In this document: one piece after another, positions 58,580-64,000 of the stretch | Numbering within the stretch: position 1 is the first letter of the stretch | Layout of the letters: each line of letters opens with the position of its first letter | The notes under the pieces: model-generated | Told to the model about the DNA's origin: nothing | Database searches by the model: none | The model's input: only the letters and a program-made list of their open reading frames with translations | Position numbers and translations under genes: made by a program | NCBI GenBank assembly: GCA_964016885.1 | Contig: OZ024743.1 | Location: 89,218,001-89,282,000 of the forward strand | Source of the DNA: Eledone cirrhosa | Lineage: Eukaryota | Length of the DNA: 64,000 nt | Direction: 5' to 3'

Positions 58580-58877
58580 AATCGTGGTGGGGGATATACG
58601 GTATCCTGAATCTTCCAATTCCTTTCTGACCTTTTCCACCATTCTCCTGCTGACGCTGAGAAAGTCTGAAATTTCCTTATTTGTCCTCCCGGCGCGGATT
58701 CCAAGAAGAACTCCCTGTCTTTTCCACAAATTTGGAGGTTCAAAATTATTCATAATCAATTATTCTGAAAATAAATAATGGAAATATAGTCACTGTTTTT
58801 ATGAAGACAACGGAAGTAAAAAAAATTTGCATAAAATTATCAGTTGAAAATTGCGAACAAATATCGTCCACACCCTG
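58580..58877 (-). mobile_element. Tc1/mariner 5' end fragment
   Basis: Minus TA|cagggtgtggacg terminus, followed by HTH-like GIRAGRTNKEISDFLSVSRRMVEKVRKELED. Confidence 0.7.
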
Positions 58878-59666
58878 TATCATAAACGATTTAATTATAC
58901 GTTTAAAAAGCCTACACACTCTCAACTATTTGTAATTATCGTTGGTGATATAGAAGCCTTCTTTGAGTTACAGTTCTCTGTATCAAGATTAGGACGATGA
59001 ATTGGCAGAACAATTAAATTGTTTCGTAGTATTTGGTTGTGTATTTTACTTTCTGAGTTCAAATCCCAACTTTGCCTTTCATTCTTCCAGGCTCAATAAA
59101 ATAAAGTACCATGACACAACCTTCACATAATTAATCTCTATCTGATCCGACTTTATTGACCAAGTAACACATGTGGAGAGGATGTGTCAGAGCGAGAATT
59201 GGATAAAAGGAAACCATTACGTCATGGGTATCATCATGCTGCTAGACTATATGACCGAATTTATTTAGTGTAAGGAGATTAAAAGACACGTTATTGACAC
59301 CCTAGTTTTAATAATCATTGAGATGAAGTCTTTATATTTTTCAGGGTTAGGGTTAGGGTTAGCTTTGTAAATATATCGTTCATCATAGTTATATACTTAT
59401 AATAGTTATATACTCATACATATAGATGTATGTATGTGCGCAATCATACGCGTTAGGTGTAGAAAATCATAATCTCTCTATCTCTCTCATCACAAACTCT
59501 CTCTTTCTATATACATGGTAGTTGAAATGGGGGTGGTGGCGACGATATACCGGAAGTGCAACTTTGAAAAGAAGTCAATTTTAAATTATTTATTTTTATG
59601 AAATTATTTTTGTTTACGAAATTTAGTAGATAAATTATGTAATATTCATTCATTATTTATTCAAAG

Positions 59667-59850
59667 GGCGGTGGATTGGCAGTATCGGTAGAGGGTCGGA
59701 CGCCATGCTTTCCAGCATAGTTACGTCCCTTTATGATCTGAGTTCAAATCCCGCCGAGGTTGACTTTGCCTTTCATCCTTACGGGGTCGATAAAATAAAG
59801 TACCAGTAATGCACTGGATAATTGCTGGCCTTGTGCCTAAAGTAGAAACA
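59667..59850 (+). mobile_element. tRNA-derived SINE with Deu/Nin-like core, young copy with 15-bp TSD
   Basis: A-box-like tggcagtatcgg, B-box gagttcaaatcc, core gcctttcatccttacggggtcgataaaataaagtaccag; TSD attatttattcaaag. Roughly 30 further copies, e.g. 2776, 3001, 5215, 7355(-), 11033, 11677(-), 12392(-), 16774(-), 25300, 25579, 32997(-), 35917, 37005, 52560(-), 59931, 60279, 61675, 61915. Confidence 0.9.
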
Positions 59851-60763
59851 ATTATTTATTCAAAGTAATCCAACTTATTTTACAAACGGGATAAAAAAAA
59901 TAATAAACCGTACGCAATCCCGCAGACCTTGGTGAATTGGCAGTATCGGTAGAGAGTCGGACGCCATGCTTTCCAGCATAGTTACGTCCCTTTACGGTCT
60001 GAGTTGAAATCCCGCCGAGGTTAACTTCGCCTTTCATCCTTATGGGGTCGATAAAATAAAGTACCAGTAATGTACTGGGTAATTGCTGGCCTTGTGCCAA
60101 CAGTAGAAACAATTATAGTTTAGATATATTTATTCAAAGTAATCCAACTTATTTTACAAACGGGATAAAAAAAAATAAACCGTACGCAATCCCGCAAACC
60201 TTCCTTTATTATAGTTTAGATATATTATAGTTTAGATATATTATAGTTTAGATATATTCATTCATTATTTATTCAAAGTGGATTGGCAGTATCGGTAGAG
60301 GGTCGAACGCGATGCTTTTCAGCAAAGAGTTACGGCCCTTTATGATCTGAGTTCAAATCCCACCGAGGTTAACTTTACCTTTTATCCTTACGGGGTTGAT
60401 AAAATAAAGTACTAGTCACGCACTGGGGTCGATTTAATCGACTTTCCCCTCCCCCCAAATTGCTGGCCTTGTGCCTATATAAGAAACCATTATTTATTCA
60501 AAGTAATGCAACTTATTTTACAAACGGGATAAAAAAATAAATAAACCGTACGCAATCCCGCAGACCTTCCTTTACTATAGTTTAGATATAGTAAAGGAAG
60601 GTCTGCGAGATATGAATAGCTGTTTGATAATTTTTTCATATATACTGTTTAACAAAAAAGGGTTTTATGTTGGTTTTTATATATACATATATAAATCGTT
60701 TCAAATATATAATTTCCTGTTTTCTTTTAAATATATAACGTTTCAATACATCGTTCCATCCAC

Positions 60764-60819
<56 letters not shown>

Positions 60820-60845
60820 CTGTAATTTTGCCTCCTGTGATTTGT

Positions 60846-60909
<64 letters not shown>

Positions 60910-60995
60910 GTAGGAGGTGAGTTTTATTGTAGTACAATAAAGCAATGCAGATATCGGATAAGAAGCACTCTACAGTTTGTAGGACTGGAGTATGC

Positions 60996-61323
60996 ATAAT
61001 ATAAGATCAAAAGATGGTTAAAGGAGTTCCATGTATTTTATTATGCGCATTTCAAAAACAAACATCATCATGCAATAATATTTGTGTTTTCATCAGATAA
61101 AACAGGAGAACATGATATGAAGGCTAAAAAACACTTGTGGATAGTGCAGTTTTAAATCAACATATGTTGATTTAAAACTGCACTATCCACAAGTGTTTTT
61201 TAGCCTTCATATCATGTTCTCCTGTTTTATCTGATGAAAACACAAATATTATTGCATGATGATGTTTGTTTTTGAAATGCGCATAATAAAATACATGGAA
61301 CTCCTTTAACCATCTTTTGATCT

Positions 61324-61331
<8 letters not shown>
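60996..61331. repeat. Perfect palindrome, 168-bp arms, no spacer
   Basis: Centre aaatcaacat|atgttgattt between 61163 and 61164. Confidence 0.92.
61223..61293 (+). ncRNA. Hammerhead family A (mirror copy on minus at 61034-61104)
   Basis: tgttttat-CTGATGA-aaacacaaatattatt gca tgatgatgtttgttttt-GAAA-tgcgca-TA-ataaaata. Confidence 0.85.
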
Positions 61332-61365
<34 letters not shown>

Positions 61366-61500
61366 AAGTTAAATAAAAGTCAAATGATTAAAATTTAGCT
61401 TCGTTTATTACTGCTATATATATTTCAGTGACAGCCATCTTTGGCTGTGACCTCTTCAGGCAGTTTGAATTAGTATGGTATAGACAAGTACATATGTTGT

Positions 61501-61533
<33 letters not shown>

Positions 61534-62425
61534 ATGTTATTTTCAGTAATTTTGAAATGGAGGTGGAAGAAATAAGTGTTTGTTTTGAATATATGTCGTT
61601 TTCATTTATTTTGAGTAAACGAAGGAGGCAAATCAGCGTTTTCTCGTTTTTGATATATATGGGGTTGTTAGGGCTGTGGATTGGCAGAATCAGTGGAGCG
61701 TCGGACAGAATGTTTTATAGCATAGAGTTACGACCCTTTCGGATCTGAGTTCAAATCCTGTCGAGCTTATCTTTGCCTTTCATCCTTACTGAGTCGATAA
61801 AAAAAGCGTACCAGTAATGCACTGAGGTCAATTTAATCGACTTACCCATCCCCCCAAATTGTTGGCCTTGTGCCAAAATCAGAAACCAATATGTATGGGC
61901 TTGTTAAGGAGGTAGCTTGGCAGAATCGTTAGAACGTCGGACAACGTGCTTTATGGCAGATACTTACGATTCTTTACGTTCTGAGTTCAAATCCCACCGT
62001 GGTCAACTTTGCCTTTCATTCATTCGAGGTCGATAAAATAAAGTACCAGTAACGCACTGGAGTCGATATAATCGACTTTCACCTCCTGTTCTGGGAAAGA
62101 AGGAGCGTGACGTACCCCTTATTGTCGTGGACAATGTCTTCAGAAGGCTATCTGTGAAGGTTAGTTGTAATTCCGTTGGTAAGACTGCCGTGTAGATCAC
62201 AGGAACAAGAAATAAAATATCTTGCTTAAGGACGCAATATTCTGCTCAGTCCAGGAATCGAACTCACGACTTTACAATCGTAAGCATACACTCCCTAACT
62301 ACTAAGCCACTATATTTATATATCTTTATTATATATTACACACAATTTCACAATATATTTTCGATCGTAAACCTAACACTCTAACTACTAAGCTACGTAG
62401 CTTCACTATATTTATATACATTTAG

Positions 62426-62485
<60 letters not shown>

Positions 62486-63229
62486 TTCGTGGAATATTTT
62501 CGCAGAGGGTTAGAAAAATCGGATGAGTATGAAACAAAATGCCTATTGTGTCTCTTTTATATTAATTATTATTGTATGTATGCATGGTCCCTGGGGGAGT
62601 TGCTGAGGCGTTGTATTGACATACGGAGTTTCTAGGGTATTTTGTATACCTGGTGGAGACTATCTCCTCTCTAGGTCTAAAATACAACAGATTTCTTCCA
62701 GAGAAAGATAGAGAGGAAATGAGAAAGAGATATAGAGGAAGAACCGCCCCTAGTATTAGACTGCTACTTTTTTATTGACCTTGAATGGATTAATGGCAAA
62801 GTTGACCTCCTTGGGATTCGAGAGCAGAAAGCTGAAACGAATACCGTAAAGCATTCTAGCCAATGCTCTAACGACATATCTTCAACTAGTCAAGAACTGA
62901 TATTGCTGACGTTGATATAATCCCATCATCTCTCCTTCAAAATAAGTCACCTTTGCTTAAGTAACAGTTGAGGTTCACAGTTGTATAAATGTAAATATAC
63001 TTCATTTGTAGAAGTAACGTCCGAACGAGTAACCTCCATCACCAACTAACTTGCTATGGGTCTCGGCTGACAAGATGGAGAATGCATTACCTTGGAGGAC
63101 GGCGAGGGAGACGCGCTGAAACAGCCACTCCGTCTCACGGGGCTCGATAAAAGGCAATATATAATCCACCCACACCTCACTAAAAAGGGCTGAGGACACT
63201 ATCTACTCTTAATATTCGAGTATGTACCA

Positions 63230-63470
63230 CAGAGACACACCAATTTTCTACTATCTACCCGTAGTTTTTGTGTGTTTACCACAGAAACACCAATTTTCTA
63301 CTGTCTACCCGTAGTTAGTTGGGTATTTAACACCTATTTCTACTATCTACCCGGATATCAAGCAAAAACAAACATACATATTTTCTACTACCTACCCGAG
63401 TATCTAGCACAGAAACACACCTACTTTATTTTACCATCTACCCGTAGTTATTCGTGTATCTAGTACTATA
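63230..63470. repeat. Degenerate ~40-50-bp tandem repeat
   Basis: Recurring ttttctactatctacccgtag. Confidence 0.75.
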
Positions 63471-63922
63471 CAAATACATCTATTTTCATTTCAAGACCCC
63501 CATCAATAAAGGGAAATCTCGAACCCTCAAATGTTAAAAGTTTCCTTTATCCATTTCGTAAAAAAAAAAAAAAAAATACTAATTCTGACCCACATCCATC
63601 CCATCCCACCTACCAACAAATACCAACTAAGAAGGTCAACTCTATTGCACTTTGACTCCTTAATGTCTTTATAAGCCCTATCAAATCTATTTGGTTGGTT
63701 GGTGGACGGCGGAGGAGAGGAGAAATATTTAGATGTAAAGGGAGTGTGTGTGTATATATATATATATATGAGGGAATTGTAGTTTACTTGAAGCATTACG
63801 TAGTGAGGTATAAACGTTTGGAGTTAGAAGGCCAAAACAATGCAGGTATGGATATAGAATATAAATACAAATGCAAAAGATATTGTTGACAATTAGTCTT
63901 TTACCTTAAATTTATTTGAATA

Positions 63923-63959
63923 TCCTTAATTTTCAAGATAATATCTCTTCTTCAGAGGG
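63923..63959 (-). ncRNA. Minimal hammerhead candidate (family C-like)
   Basis: Minus: cct-CTGAAGA-a-gagat-att-atctt-GAAA-at-TA-agg. Confidence 0.5.
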
Positions 63960-64000
63960 AAGTAAAGGGGTTAATCCACACGCATGCTTACACCTTCACG

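Noticed and set aside
59343-59362. (TTAGGG)3 telomere-like motif
   Set aside because: Only about three units; not enough to call an interstitial telomere.

Overview
AT-rich, microsatellite-dense animal genomic DNA. The tRNA-derived SINE families and (TA)n/(CA)n load suggest an octopus (inference). The only host gene I can support is a beta-tubulin on the + strand: two internal exons (34040-34282 and 53733-53918) separated by a 19,450-nt intron, with no other exons recognised in the window. The rest is transposon debris: many SINEs, R4-, CRE- and RTE-like LINE fragments, a hAT/Buster element with an 8-bp TSD, a Helitron, Tc1/mariner pieces, Penelope-like GIY-YIG remnants and minisatellites. 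The striking signal, invisible in the ORF track, is about 28 type-I hammerhead ribozyme (HHR) motifs read by eye (CTGANGA...GAAA..TH with pairing stems), from several unrelated sequence families. About 20 lie inside the tubulin intron. They include a 6 x 310-bp head-to-tail array with one sense-strand HHR per unit (retrozyme-like, predicted to release 310-nt monomers or circles), a ~430-bp permuted HHR monomer, two long perfect palindromes with back-to-back HHRs, and HHRs with large stem-II insertions. Most short ORFs in the track are microsatellite artefacts. All structures were assigned manually; no folding or database search was run.
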